Below, one piece after another: positions 1 to 14,268 of a DNA stretch of 64,000 nt; the stretch's first letter is position 1, and every line of letters begins with the position of its first letter. The DNA is taken from assembly GCA_964247055.1 (NCBI GenBank), contig OZ176050.1, positions 9,858,001 through 9,922,000 of the forward strand, in the 5' to 3' direction. Position numbers and translations under genes: made by a program. This DNA comes from Paragordius varius (Eukaryota; Animalia; Nematomorpha). The notes beneath the pieces were generated by a model that did not search any database, was not told where the DNA came from, and worked only from the letters and a program-made list of their open reading frames with translations.

Positions 1-1168
1 AACATAGAGTTAATGGAGATAAAAAATAATAAAACTCATATAATAAAAAAGAATGTTAACTATTCTCTTACGGGTTTATGCATAGGCTCAATATTGTTTA
101 CTCGAAATTAACCATATTTAAACTGTACTTATTAAAGTTAATATTCAAATATCAGTGGATTTATTTTAAAATTTTCATTACGAATTCAAGGTTAAAAGTT
201 CTATTTTCAAATTGTGTTCACACAGCTGGGATCAAGGGATATAAAAAGTAAATCATTTGTCGTCCCTTTTTATGGGTAAGAATGATTATACAACAAAAAT
301 GTGTTTATCTAAACTCGTATGGCTTCTTTTTTGAAAATAATCTCCAAAACTACGCCATTTTGTATGGCGTCTCAGTTTTTAATCGGTAGACTCCTACCCA
401 TAGACCTATATGGAAAAAGTGCTGAGTTAAATTCTTTGCCTTTATAGGGCAAGTATTTGGAAACATCTTTGATACCATCGTCCCATGGGTTATTCGAAAA
501 AATACCTCAACAATGGCGTATTTTTAGGGCATAAAGGCCCCAAATTAACGGCTAATAAAAAAAAGGCCGACTTTAATTTATACCTAGTTACGGGAATATT
601 TCAAGCATTTAATGAGCTCATATGGCTTCATATCTGTAAATTAGCTCCAAAACAACGCAATTTCCAGATAGTGGCGGAGTCTTAGCGGCTATCTGTTTAC
701 CCAGCAGCTAATATTAAAAACACAAGACTAAAATTTTTGCCTTTAACAGGGAATACCTGGAATCCTCATTAAATTTTAACGTTATCATACCCTGGAAAAA
801 TTATTTAGTTTTTTATGAAAAAATGGCATTTTACGGGGGGGAGCGGCTAATAAGAGATCCTAAATTAAAAAAGTGAGCCGACTATGTTCCGCGCAATCGA
901 AATAAATATAAAAATCACATTTGAAATCGACCAGCACGTTTTCCGGGTATTGTCTCAAGACACAATTTTTGTAGACTTGTGTTTTCAAAAAAACTTGTTT
1001 TTTTACATGGGGAGGGCCCGAACTGGGGACCTAATTCAAAAAAAGGGCGAAGCTTTTGTCGGATTCATTAATGTTTATATTTTTTTGACATTTGGATTTG
1101 AATGGGTCTAGTGGTTTTCAGGAAACAGATCGCAAAGCCAGCATTTTCCATTTTTATAAATATATAGA
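1..1168 (-). mobile_element. Non-autonomous Helitron (family H), 5' end at 1168, continues beyond the left window edge
   Basis: Reverse complement begins A|TCTATATATTTATAAAAATGGAAA like copies at 4081, 5135, 44901, 53436; bases 1-500 align to 46400-46771 + 54834-54950 with a single ATTTCGAG (empty site of the hAT at 46772). Confidence 0.8.
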
Positions 1169-1299
1169 TTATTATGATCACAATAGAAATGCTGGTATAA
1201 ACAGTCTTTCCGAACCAAAAGATTTTATGATATATTTATCTACGATGATTACTATTTTTCCTTATAACAATAATTTTAAAAATTAAAAACATTTTTTGT

Positions 1300-1363
1300 T
1301 AAATTGTATTTTTATTACTCGCGACCCCAAATGGGGTCGCGACCCATAGTTTAAGAAGCCTTG
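1300..1363. mobile_element. Right-end remnant of a hAT-type MITE
   Basis: GGGGTCGCGACCCATAGTTTAAGAAGCCTTG resembles Charlie/Buster-type termini; left end and TSD not found. Confidence 0.4.
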
Positions 1364-2256
1364 TGGAAATCAAGTGAAAAGACAATAAATAGACAATTAT
1401 GGTTTAATTAATTTTGTATTGCAAAATTTGTTTTGCAAAAAGTTCTACTTTGCTTAGCTATTGTGGCGTATTTCAATCAAATATTTAAAACTTATACCAA
1501 CAGTTTCAACACAATCTAATAAGCATTAATGAAATAATTGTTTTGGTGTTACAATGAAAATTGATATTACACGTGCAAAACGCAAAAATTAAGACAAATA
1601 TTTTTTCTATAAGGCAACCATATGCTTTAACCTTAATTTTTTTAATATACACCCAATCTTGCGCAAAATCAGAAATAAAGATGTAAATTGGTAACAGACT
1701 AATAATTATATAGAGTTAATTTAAAAAATATCTTGGTTAAAATAAGCGTGGTTGTGTGTTTTTTTAAATTGTTTTTCATTTTTACGATAATTAATATTTA
1801 TTAAATGAAAAAGCGTATGTGCCTAAAGTAATTTAAAAATAAGTATAATAATACAAAATTAAATTGAATGGACTGCCCAGCTTATTAAATCCGCATGTAA
1901 TCTCTGAATTCATATACATAAATATAATTGGGTCCATATCATTAGGGTCTACCTGTGCAAAAAACTAACCTCTTTATTATTTGACTTTGATATAAATTAT
2001 TTAAATTTTAGTATTAAATTAATTTTTCGTAAATAAATCTTATCAAAATTACGGTTAAACTGAAGGAATTTTAACTTAACACATAATTAATTAAAACATA
2101 AATACCGTTAAAAATAGGGTTGAAAGATGAATTTACCATTAATTGACTTTTGGAGATAAAGTAAAAGTTAGTTAGAAGCGCCGGGATTTAAATAGACATA
2201 TATTATGTAAGTCATTATCTTTCGAATGGCAAAAATTTATTTCATTTACAAATTAG

Positions 2257-5200
2257 CTGTAAAAGGTCTCCATAACAATTCAATTTATTCGCCACCACAA
2301 ACCGAATATGTTACATATGGGAAAATGGGAATGATTACTACACTTACGACACATCTAATAAAGAATAAATTAGAGTAATATTACTGTTTAATTTATTAAT
2401 ATATTTAAATTTCTGATTTCGTCATATATGCTTAAAATAAAAATTATATGAAATTCGGATATACTTTAACTAACAAAAAATTATGTTAAAACAGAAAACA
2501 TGGAATAAAAATTTCAGCTATTCGAAATTATCTCAAAAAAATTGATCCTGACACAACTATGTTAAAAGAAATGTGTCCCATGTCAAAAGTTCTAGATCTG
2601 AAGCAATGTTCAAACAAATATCGTACTTATGATGGATATTGTAATAATGTTAGACATTTAACTTGGGGTATGTCCATGATGCCAGCCGACAGAGTGGTTG
2701 CACCCGCATATGCCGATGGTATAACATAAAGAATTTTATTTATAATCTATTGAGAACATGGGTGTTTGCAACACACAGCCCTTCAAAATATTATGTGCGG
2801 CCCACAAAAAATTTGAAAATAAGAAATAATTCTGACATAAATTTTGCCATTACGAAATCAGAGAAAATTGATGTTTTTAAAACAAATTTTCTGACTAAAT
2901 AAGTCTTTCCAAATTTTGGCAATGAACTAGCGAAAATTGGTGAGATAAATAGTTGTATTGTTTTCGTAAATTACGGTGATGTGTTTGAAATTTAATAAGA
3001 TATTTATATGCGGCCCGTGAAACCGTTTGTGTTAGGCACCCTTGATTTAGAAACATGAAAATTACAAAAAAACAGATTAAAAGGCATCGCCCCTATGACA
3101 AATAAACCTATTATTTATTTGCTTAAAAAAGTTTATCCTTATGATAGGGTTTAATACACCAAGAAAAGATAAAAAGGGCAAAGATTTACCCAATGCCCGT
3201 TTGTTGAGTTCTCGTGTATTTTCGTCCGTTTCTAAAAGTCATCACAATCTGACGACAATGATTACGACTTTTGGACAGTTTTTGGACCATGATATAACTC
3301 TCTTCCCACTCCCATATGGTATATAAAGTTAACAAAATATAAAAATATATTTTTATAATAATTTGGACATTGGTCAAACAACTTTTAATATTAATTAGTT
3401 AAATAATTATTTATATACGAGCTTTAGAAATACAAATCCATGATGATGAAAATAGAATTTTAAGAGCAATAAAAAGCTCATTTAAATGTATAACAAAGGG
3501 GACTACTGTGTTTGGAGAATTTTTTATAACTAATATATTCGTTTTTTGCATAAAGCTTAAAATTTATTTTGATATTCAAACAAGGGCGATTTACCCCAAG
3601 GTTGAAATGTTGTCAACCTCAATACGAACATCCGTTGTGCATATCCATCCCTATTCCGAGCAATGATTCGTTTTTCACTTATCACAATGTTGAATGTATG
3701 GAAATGATGCGATCTCTTCCAGCTATAGAACCAGATTGCAAATTAGGTTATAAATTATAACGTGGCTAATATATTTGCATCCAATAATAATCAAAATAAT
3801 TTTTATGATATATATTTAATTTAGGCCAATTACTATCATTTAATTAGGAAAAATGATAAAATGATAATTGGTAAATTCTAAATTTGTATTTTAAAGGTCC
3901 ACGTGAACAAATGAATCAATTGACATCTTTCATTGATGGATCTGTTATATATGGGAGTACAGAAGCTGATGCCTTGAGTTTGAGAAGTTTTCAAAATGGT
4001 AATATTTTTATTATTTCCATACTTAAATATAATTATTATGGTTTAATTAATAATTTTCGAACATAAAAAATTAAATGTAATCTATATATTTATAAAAATG
4101 GAAAATGCTGGCTTTGTGATCTGGTACATGAAAACCGGTAGACCCATTCAAATCCAAACTTCGAAAAAGTATAATCATTAATGAATGCCCCGACAATAGC
4201 TTCGCCCTTTTTTTGAAATAGGCCCCCAGTTCGGGCCCACCCCGTGTGAAAAACGGGTTTTTTTTGAAAACAGAAGTCCACAAAATTCGTGTCTTTGAGA
4301 CAATTTTCCGGAGAACGTGTTGGTCCATTCTATTTCAAATATGATTTTTATTTAGTTATTTTCGATTGCGCCGAACATAGTCGAGTAACTTTTTTGATTT
4401 AGGCCCTCTTTTTACCCGCTACCCCCGTAAAATGCCACCTTTTTCAAAAAACAAAGTCCACAAAAATAATTTAAATCAATTTTTCGCCCTAGGTATGAGA
4501 CCGTAAAAATTCAATATGGATTCCACGTATTCCCTGTTAAAAGGCAAATATTTTAGTCAGGCGTTTCTTTGATGATAGCTGCTGGGTAAGGAGTTACCCG
4601 CTAAAAACTGATTTCTCATGTAACTTTGTGATCTGTTTCCGGAAAACCGGTGAACCCATTCAAATCCAAACATCGAAAAAATTTAATCATTAATGAATGC
4701 CCCGACAATAGCTTCGCCCTTTTTTGGAATTAGGTCCCCAGTTCGGGCCTACACCGTGTGAAAAATGGGTAAAGTCAATTTTTTGGAGAACGTGTTGGAC
4801 CATTCAATTTCAAATATGATTTTTGTTTACTTATTTTTGATCGCGCTGAACATAGTCGACTCACTTTTTTGATTTAGGCCCTCTTTTTACCCGCTACCCC
4901 CGTAAAATGCCATTTTTTTCAAAAAAACAAAGTCCACAAAAATAATTTTTTGATTGTATTTTTTTGCCCAAGGTATGAGACTGTAAAAATTCGAGAAGGA
5001 TTTTTCGTATTGTCTGTTAAAAGGCAAAGATTTTAGTCAAGCGTTTCTTTGATGTTAGCTGCTGAGTAAGGAGTATCTATCATATGTATAGGATGTTAAA
5101 AGATATATGGATATTAATACATTATTTATGGTAATCTATATATTTATAAAAATGGAAAATGCTGGCTTTGTGATCTGGTACAGGAAAACCGGTAGACCCA

Positions 5201-8200
5201 ATCAAATCCAAACTTTGAAAAAATATAATCATTAATGAATGCTCCGACAATAGCTTCGCCCTTTTTTCGAAATAGGCCCCCAGTTCGGGCCCACCCCGTG
5301 TGAAAAACGGTTTTTTTTTGAAAATCGTGTCCTTGAGACAATTTTCTGGAGAACGTGTTGGATCATTCAATTTCAAATATGATTTTTGTTTACTTATTTT
5401 CGATTGCGCCGAACATAGTCGTCTCGCTTTTTTAATTTAGGCCCTCTTTTTACCCGCTCGCCCCGTAAAATGCCACCTTTTTCAAAAACAAAGTCCACAA
5501 AAATAATTTTTTAAATCAATTTTTCGCCCTAGGTATGAGACCGTAAAAATTCAATACGGATTCCACGTATTCCCTGTTAAAAGGCAATTATTTTAGTCAG
5601 GCGTTTATTTGATGATAGCTGCTGGGTAAGGAGCTACCCGCTAAAAATTGATTTCTCATGTAACTTTGTGATCTGCTACCGGAAAACCGGTAGACCCATT
5701 CAAATCCAAACTTCGAATTCCCCCCCTACAAAAATAATTTTTTAAATCAATTTTTCGCCCTAGGTATGAGACCGTAAAAATTCAATATGGATTCCACGTA
5801 TTCCCTGAAAAGGCAATTATTTTAGTCTGGCGTTTATTTGATGATAGCTGCTGGGTAAGGAGCTACCCGCTAAAAACTGATTTTGCTACCGGAAAACCGG
5901 TAGACCCATTCAAATCCAAACTTCGAACCCCCCCCCCTTCTCAGAAGTCCGAAGGACTTCCTCGGGCTGCCTAGCAGCACGAGATTTACCTAGTATGTGT
6001 TAAAAATGCAAAACTAGATAGCAAAATAAATAATCTGTATAATATGATTTTTTTCACATGATTATTTGACTATTATTGTAAATTCTCTCCATTCTTTGAC
6101 CGTATAATAATACCTAATTATATACTTTTTCATATAACTGCCATGGGATAGTTAAATAAGTATGGAGGTATGAAATACTTTGGCTAAAATGAAGAAATGG
6201 ATAATCTTTTTAAAAATAATCAAACTTTTCTATAACAAAACCGATAATGTTTGCAATATACCCAATATATTATCTAATTTAATGTCCACGAGAGCATTTA
6301 TATTAATTTTTATGGCTTAATACAGTAAAGACAACTATTTTAAGCCATATCTGTAACTTGAATGCTAGAAGGATATTTAATTTGCATGTCAGTAGACAGT
6401 ATAAAATTTTTCATTTTTCGTAGTAACATTTTTGAAGATTGTAGAAACTAATATAATAAAAAACATTATACATGGTAACAATGTAATTTAAATTCCCTTT
6501 TATTATTTAAAATACAAATAGTGCTCGTTTCTATACATAACTTCTGTAAGGTATATAAATATCAGTATTTGCATATTTATTTTAATTCAGAGGTGCCACT
6601 GTTTGAATCGGAACCCGTTTAAAACCCTCAAAACTGATTTTTGAAATTCTCTTTTGATAGAACCCTTTTTTAGTATCACCAGATATGCATAAGTGTAAAA
6701 TGAGCAAAAATTTATTTCTCCATTGAATTCAATTAGGATTAATTTTTTAGACACATTAGTATAATAATATTAAAATTTACACAATAACAAAATTTATTAT
6801 GAAATATCTTTGTTTATCGCAATCAAACATTTAACGCTTCAATACATACATTAGGAGAATTGAAAGCACAAAAACACCCCAAAAATCCGTATTTGAAAGA
6901 TTTGTTACCCCTTTCAAACGGCACGCGTTCCGAGGAATGTACAATAATGAAGCAGGACAAAGTCGTTGACCAACAATGTTTTTTAGCAGGTCTCAAAATA
7001 TATAATGCTAATTTAATTACTTTGGACTGTTAGTTTAAATAAGTACTTTAAACAACAATATCTAACGAAAAGCTGGACTAATGATCCAAATTATTTGTGA
7101 AAATCACAACCAACATTTTGAAATTTGATAGAAATATGGGGATTAAAGCAGCGATCCTCCCAATTTACAGCAATATAATCATAAAATAGCTGACATATTA
7201 TCATATCTATGATTAACTAATTCACCGTATATATTAAAATAAATGTAGTTTGTTTGGTCAAATAATAAAATTTTCCGATATCTCTTATTATTTATAATCA
7301 TCCTATAAATATATCTTGCAATGCCATGATTAAAATCCCTTATATCAATATAAAATATAATTGAAAATATATAAATTGATTTAACAAAACTATCAGCATT
7401 TATTTTGCTAAAAATATGTTTACGGCTTTAAAACCATTGATGATTTACACTAAACTGTTAAGCTAAATGATATTATAATATCAGGAGGGTTATTACATTA
7501 AGTGACCATTTTGCTGACTAAAATGAACAACATATTTGTAAAAAAACTATAAATTCCCTCTAAGAATTTTCGGAAATAATACTTAAGTTGGCATTGTAAA
7601 ATAGGTGAAGAACGGGTTAATGAAAACATCCCAATAACTGCCATGCACATAATATGGATGCGTGAACATAATCGCATCGCCAATGAGTTATCCAAAATAA
7701 ATTCGCATTGGGACGACGAAACTTTGTAAGATATTATTTGCCTATTTTAAGGTCATGTAAAACAACCATCAAAGTTTGAAAATTTCATAAAAAAAATATT
7801 TTTTTATCAAAACATATTAATCTGTAATTAAAATATTACAATATATCTTTATTTCCGATTATCGAATTAGCCAATTACAAGTCAATCTTTAATTTCATAA
7901 TAAAATGTATAGGTATCAAGAAACACGTAGGATTATTGGAGCCATGCTTCAATGCATAGTTTACAAAGAATTTTTGCCCAAAATATTGGGTGAAGTTAAT
8001 ATGCAACAATATTTTTTGGACGTTTTATATTTGGGTTACTTTAAAGGTTACGATGAGGAAGAAAACCCAACTATTATAAATGCTTTTAGTACGGCGGCTT
8101 TCAGATTTGGCCATTCGCTATTAAAGTAAAATTATCCTTATTCTTATTGATTTATATAAAAAAATTATATTGACATACATTTAGCAATGAAATTTATCAA

Positions 8201-11200
8201 GTTGGTTATCTTAATGCATATTATGCTACTATGCCAATGCACAAAACGTTCTTCAACACAAAAATGATGTACGGAGTCGAATTTCCTATGGGAGTAGATT
8301 CTATACTTCGAGGTTCTATGCTTCAACATGCCCAGGCCATGGATGATAACTTTGCCAGCGATATTCGAAACAACCTATTTATTAAACCAACTGAAACTTT
8401 TGGTATATAAAATTAAATTTTTTGAATTATTTACAATGAATATTATTTAATTTAGCATACATTGTTTTATATGTACTCGTAGAAGCGTAATTTCATACAC
8501 AAATGGTTTTTATCATTTGATTTATTTTTCAACCGTTTGAGTTTAGCTAAAATGTAAAGAGTTGTAAATAACGGCCTTAGTTTTTTTCGTAAATTAATCA
8601 GTTTGCCGATGTCTTTTATATTAGGCAGAGATTTAATGGCGATCAATATCCAACGTGGGAGAGATCATGGCATAGCCAGCTACAATGATTACAGGGAATG
8701 GTGTGGTTTCCCTCGCTACAAAAGCTGGAAACAGATGAATGATCCACAATCAATGGTACCCTTGACAGCACATAAATTGAAAAAATTTTACAAGTTTTTT
8801 TTTAATTTGATACCTAAAACACATTTTTGGATTGTTTTTTTTAACTTTTTAATTTTTCTAAATGGTAAATTTGTTAATATTTTATACAGACATCCGGATG
8901 ATGTGGATTTGTTTGTTGGCGGAATATGTGAGAAGCCAGAAAATGATGCTTTAGTAGGGCCCACGTTTGCATGTATTATCGGAAGGCAATTTCAACGCTT
9001 AAGATTTGGGGATAGATTTTGGTTTGAGAACGGACCCAAGAATAGCATTATAAAAAATCCATTTTCTAGAGGTAGAAATTCATATATTTGATGTAAATAT
9101 ATGTTAATTAAGTAACTTAAGTAAAACTATTTTAATTTTAACCATAATCTTCATTGGATTAGATTTTTTCAACATTTTGTTTAATTAATTTCATTAGGTC
9201 TAAGGGACTTGAAACAAAAAGAAAAATTTAATATTCTTCCAAACTAATAATGTTTACTGCACCCAACTTCTAAAGCTACATATAAACCTTAATAAGCAGG
9301 AAACTACACTTAAGTTGAACTCGTGATAAATAAACGTTAACAGTGTGGCTACAATGGTGGATTCAAATCTTTTTTATCAAAAAATTAGCTTTTAAATAAC
9401 AAACTTAATTATATTAGATTAGATTTTTTTATTAAACAAACGTTATCAACTGTTATTCTCCTTTGGAATTTTAAAAAAATTTATCCTAAAGCGATTTCGA
9501 CCCTTAGGTATATACTGCAAATAAAAAAGGGCATATCAGGTTTCAAAATTCATCCACTATTCTTTCAATCTGATTTCATAAATGCGTTTCAATCATTAAC
9601 TAATGTTTTCAGGGAATAAATGAAAATAAATGATCCTCAGCAAAACTGTTTTAAGGCCTTTTGCACGTAATATCCTCGCCTCAATATTTATTAATTTATT
9701 TAATATTATCCAAAATTTTCAAATTTTATAAAATAATTTTTATAGTTCCTTAGAATTAAAACACTAATTATTAAATAAACCAAATATAAATCATACAAAT
9801 TTTCAAATTTATACCACGGTCGCCCCATGACTCTAAAATATTACACTAGACAACTAATTAAAACTTTTTTAACTTCCATTCTTGTAAATTTAAAATTTAT
9901 TTGGTTTAAGAACATAATTAGTATATCTGAAAAGAAAATTAATCTAACATTCAATAATTTTTTTATATTAGAGTTTATCGATAATTTTTGGCCCCGATTT
10001 AACATTAAACTCGAAATTTCGAAAATTAAAAGTTTTAGATATGAAGCCATGTATTTTATATCATTCGAAAGAGAGCAAAAAACTGTATCTTTTAAATGGT
10101 AGTAAGTCATTTCTATTCGGATGTAAAAATTATTTGGATTTAAATGGTCGAAATTTTCAATCCTTAAATAAGTCAAGAATTTTCACAGACAAACTAATTT
10201 GAAAATCATATAAATTATTTTAATATAATTATTAGGGTTATATTAGTATTTAATTTAAAAAAAAATGTTTGAAAAAGCTTTTGGTTAGCTTTTTTAATAA
10301 AAATTATTATTATCATAAATATTTTACCTAGTTTAATGTGACCAGATAGGCTGTTTTTCGCAGTGCAGTACTGGGTTTTCAAAAAAAACTGCGCCTGTAC
10401 TGCGCCCACTTTTGTACTGCTTTTTGAAATGATAAAAAATTTAATTTTTTATAATTAGATATTAATTACCTATTATTTTTAGATATTAATTACCTATTAT
10501 TTATTCAAAAAAATTATTTTAGAATTTAATATACTACCTCTGTAAAATAACCCCATAATTTGTAAAAAATTGGTTCATTTTTAGGTAAACAAAGATTGGC
10601 CTGTTTTTAATTGGTTAATATTTTACTTTCTGCTCAAAATATACATATAATTGGGATTTAAATCGGTAAAACCGCTTATGATTGCAGCCTTTCGGGCTAG
10701 GTGAACTATAAATCTCGCACCGTAAATTCAGGCTAATGGCTCTTTTACTCAGGGCTTCCGCAAAAAGAGGTGCCTCAAAATTTATTACCAACATTAATTT
10801 ATGATATTTTCATCAATGTTTGATCTTTAGAAAGTTCATTTTTTGTTATAATTATTAAACGGAAAATTATCTAGAAAATTGTATTCCCATATATTTAAAA
10901 TTTATATGGCAATGATTTGGAAATATCCTGTTTGCGCATTAAAAAAATTAAGAGTTATTTACGTTTTCTATACTCATTAGATGGGGGTATGATATTTCTA
11001 AATTTTTTTCCTAAACTTTTTAGTTTTCTTATTTTTTTGCATAAACAAATTTGAGATATTTTGTTGAAGTATACTTAAACCATTATGATAATGTGACCAG
11101 ATATTTTGAACTTTGACGCAGTACAAAATTAAAACATAATTTGCCTGTTTTTACAACATCGGTGTGGTATATTACACAGTTTCCACAAAAAAATATCCTT

Positions 11201-14200
11201 GAAAAACATATATTCTGATAGGAAAATATCAGGATTATTATGGTGCTTTTGGTTAACCTTTACGAATTATTAAAGAAAGTTTTTTACACTATTGTGATAA
11301 GTGCTCCGTATATAATTGCAAGAGGTGCGTAATTTTTTCAAATATATGTTTTGGTGAAAGCTAAATGTCTTTTTTCCAAAGACACTAAAATATAACATAA
11401 ACTACATATAAAAAGCAAAATAATATTTTTAAAAATTTTAAATTTTTAGATGTGGGTTCTGAAAGTCCGAATTTTTTGGCTCTTTTAAAATGGACCGTTT
11501 TAAAAACGCAATCCGACATTGTGTAATAATTTTAAATATATGCAAAATTTTGATATCGGCTAAATATATTTTTTAAAAAATGCATACTTTCAAAATTTAA
11601 TTTTTAGTAAAATTTTGTTGAAGCGCACTTCCTATGAGCATGATGGAAACAATATAAACGGTTGAGATGTTATACCATTTATATATATGATTCGATAATG
11701 CTAAACATTTTTCTCAGAATTAAAATACTCGTTAGTTTTCAAATTAATGGTAAATAAAAATTGTCTTTTTACAAAAATTCTCCAAAATTTGCTAGCAAAC
11801 GAACCTTTAAATTAAAATTCTTTACATATAGTAATGTTCAACATCATCGAATTATTTAGAAATTGGTTTTTATTATATCTTAAAGCGTTATACCTATTCG
11901 ATCATGCTTCAAAATAGTTTGAGTACCTCGAATTTATTTATTCAATAAGAAAATAAAAATTAAAGTTTAGGAAAAAAAATAATAATTTTTTAAATACGAA
12001 ATAAAGGTTATATCGTAATCATATGCCATATATAATAAATTTTATATAATATGTTACGGGAATAACAATTTTCCGTTTGATATTATAACTAAAAAACTTA
12101 CCTGATCGAACATTTATTGTATCATAAATTAATTTTACTAATTTAAATTTTGAGGCACCTCTTTTTGTGGAAGCCCTGAGTAAAGTCTGAATCTTACGGT
12201 TGAGTACGCGATTTATAGTTTGCCACTGCGCGAAAGGCTGCAATCCTAAGCGGTTTGACCGATCCAAAACCCAATTTTATAGTTTTTTACCGCAAAATGA
12301 ACCATTTCTTTACAAATTATGTGGTTATTTTTAAAGAGGGTACTATATTAAATTCTAAAATATTTTTTTTGAATAAATAAAAGGATTAAATATTATTTTT
12401 CATTTTAAAAAGCAGTACAAAAGTGGGCGCAGTACAGGCGCAGCTTTTTTCTGAAAACCCAGTACTGTACTGCGAAATACAGCCTATCTGGTCACATTAC
12501 ATTATGAAGCATGATGAAAACGATATAACGCTTCAAAATATAATATAACCCTATGTTGAACATTACTATAGGTAGAGAATTTTAATTTAAAGGTTTGTTT
12601 TCTTGCAAATTTTGGGGAATTTAAAAAAACACATTAATGAATGAGAAAAACCTATAGCATTATCCAATTATATATAAAGTGTTATAACATGTCAAACGCC
12701 CCAACAAAATTTTGTAATTAAATTTTTAAAAGTTTGCATTTACTTAAAAATATATTTAGTTGATATCAAAATTTAGCATATATTTAACTATTGCACAATG
12801 TGGAAATTTTTGTGTTTTCTTTAAGAGAACAATCCATTAAAGCCAAAAAATTTGGGACTTTCAGAGCCCACATCTAACAATTTAAAATTTATACAAATAT
12901 TATTTTGCTTTTTATATGCAGTTCATAGTATATTTTAGTGATATTTTTTGAAATAAAGCATTTAGTATTTGAAAAAAATTGCGCACCTTTTGCAATTTTA
13001 TACTGAGCACCTACCACAAAAGTGTAAATAACTTTTTTTAATAACTCGCAAAGGTTAAAGCACCATGATAATCGTGATATTTTCCTATCAGAATATAAAT
13101 TTTTCATCAGGATATTTTTTTGTGAAAACTGACCACACCGATGATTTTAAAACAGGCAATGTATGTTTTAATTTTGTACTGCGTCAAAGTTCAAAATATC
13201 TGGTCACATTAACCTAGTGGATACTAAAATGCATAGTTATATGTGTTAATTTATTACATAATGGCTTTAAAAGATCAAAAATACCTTAAACTTTGTTTTT
13301 ATCTTTAAAATTTCGAAATTATCAGCCTCGTAAAGAAAATAAATTAATATTGAGGAGATGGTAATTTTTAAAAAACAAAAAACTTAAAAATGGCTGTTTT
13401 GAGTGACATAAAAGCAATAAAAAAATGTTTTTAACTAAAAAACTTTCTTGTGTTCTCTTTTTTGGACTTTCATCACCATATAAACAAAGTTTGAGCTATT
13501 TTCATCTATTTTAAAAATAAAATAATTAAAAAAAATGCTCTCGCTTCGCGCGTTTGTCGCTCTTTGTGTCCAATATTAACTGTCGATGTAATACATATTA
13601 GTATGCATTTTATAGAGTTTTTATTACTCTTTCGAATGATATATTACAAATGGGCATTACTTGTATATTTTCAGAGAAAAACATTTTTAAGTAAAATTTT
13701 GATAAAGCATAATCAAAAAAATCAAATTATACAAAATTCCATCGAGTTATAATTTTTATTCCAGATTTACTGCTAAAATGATACTAAGTATCAGAAAACA
13801 CAAAAAACTCGAGTGGCAGAAAAATTTGTTTTCCAGTGTTATCATTATATACAATTATAAAAAATATATAGTTTTTTGAACGAGGCCTATTTTATAAAAA
13901 TGATGCGGCTCAATAATTTACTACCATTCGCAAATCTCCAAATTCATATTTTTTGAACTAATTAATAAAATAATTGACAGAATTTGGGGACAAAATTTAA
14001 CGTATTTAACCATAACTTTTTTTTAATTTTAACCCTAATTAAATTCTTATATTAAAATTATAGAGCAATTGGATGAAATTAGAAAGATTACATTAGCAAA
14101 GATTATCTGTCAAAATTCAGATAATATATTTGATACACAAAAAGATGTGTTTACGGTTCCAAGTCCAAGGTACATCATATTATTTATAAAACTTTGTTTT

Positions 14201-14268
14201 ATTTTAGGAATCCAATGTTGAGATGCGACGATATTAATGGTTTGGATATAAAGTATTGGATAGAATGA
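2257..14268 (+). CDS. Animal heme peroxidase (peroxidase-cyclooxygenase family, chorion-peroxidase-like); 5' end not resolved
   Basis: Frame-consistent GT-AG exons 2257-2374, 2495-2718, 3148-3318, 3585-3746, 3897-3998, 6855-6989, 7605-7725, 7913-8125, 8185-8402, 8625-8793, 8890-9071, 14064-14169, 14208-14268; motifs [17 protein letters not shown] (distal His), [38 protein letters not shown] (proximal His), [18 protein letters not shown]; AATAAA at ~14300. Confidence 0.93.
2757..3044. mobile_element. hAT (Buster-like) MITE in peroxidase intron
   Basis: Degenerate TIRs CATGGGTGT.../...GCACCCTTG, internal GCGGCCC motifs, 8-bp TSD ATTGAGAA/ATTTAGAA. Confidence 0.65.
4081..5993 (+). mobile_element. 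Head-to-tail concatemer of non-autonomous Helitron H in peroxidase intron
   Basis: A|TC 5' ends at 4081 and 5135; ~540-bp units repeated; 3' hairpins AGTCC-GAA-GGACT and GCTGC-CTA-GCAGC followed by CTAG|T at 5990-5994. Confidence 0.85.
10334..13211 (+). mobile_element. TAATGTGACC-ended hAT-like MITE (family T), outer copy
   Basis: TIR TAATGTGACCAGATA/TATCTGGTCACATTA; 8-bp TSD ACCTAGTT/ACCTAGTG; empty site in the copy at ~48635. Confidence 0.85.
11089..12499 (-). mobile_element. Family T MITE inserted in reverse orientation inside the outer family T copy
   Basis: Same TIRs with swapped left/right subterminal sequences; perfect 8-bp TSD CATTATGA at 11081-11088 and 12500-12507. Confidence 0.85.

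Larger units (their letters stand above)
9844..13838 (+). mobile_element. CACTA-ended non-autonomous TIR element (CMC/En-Spm-like) carrying a nested insertion
   Basis: TTA|CACTAGACAAC ... GTTTTCCAGTG|TTA; 9844-10333 + 13212-13838 match the uninterrupted reverse copy at 48006-49062. Confidence 0.75.

Noticed and set aside
884-5376. Recurrent similar ORFs (MDQHV.../MDFCFQKK..., also 44910-45140, 53312-53801, 59008-59205) looking like a paralogous small-protein family
   Set aside because: They are chance ORFs in copies of the non-coding Helitron H; frames are not conserved between copies
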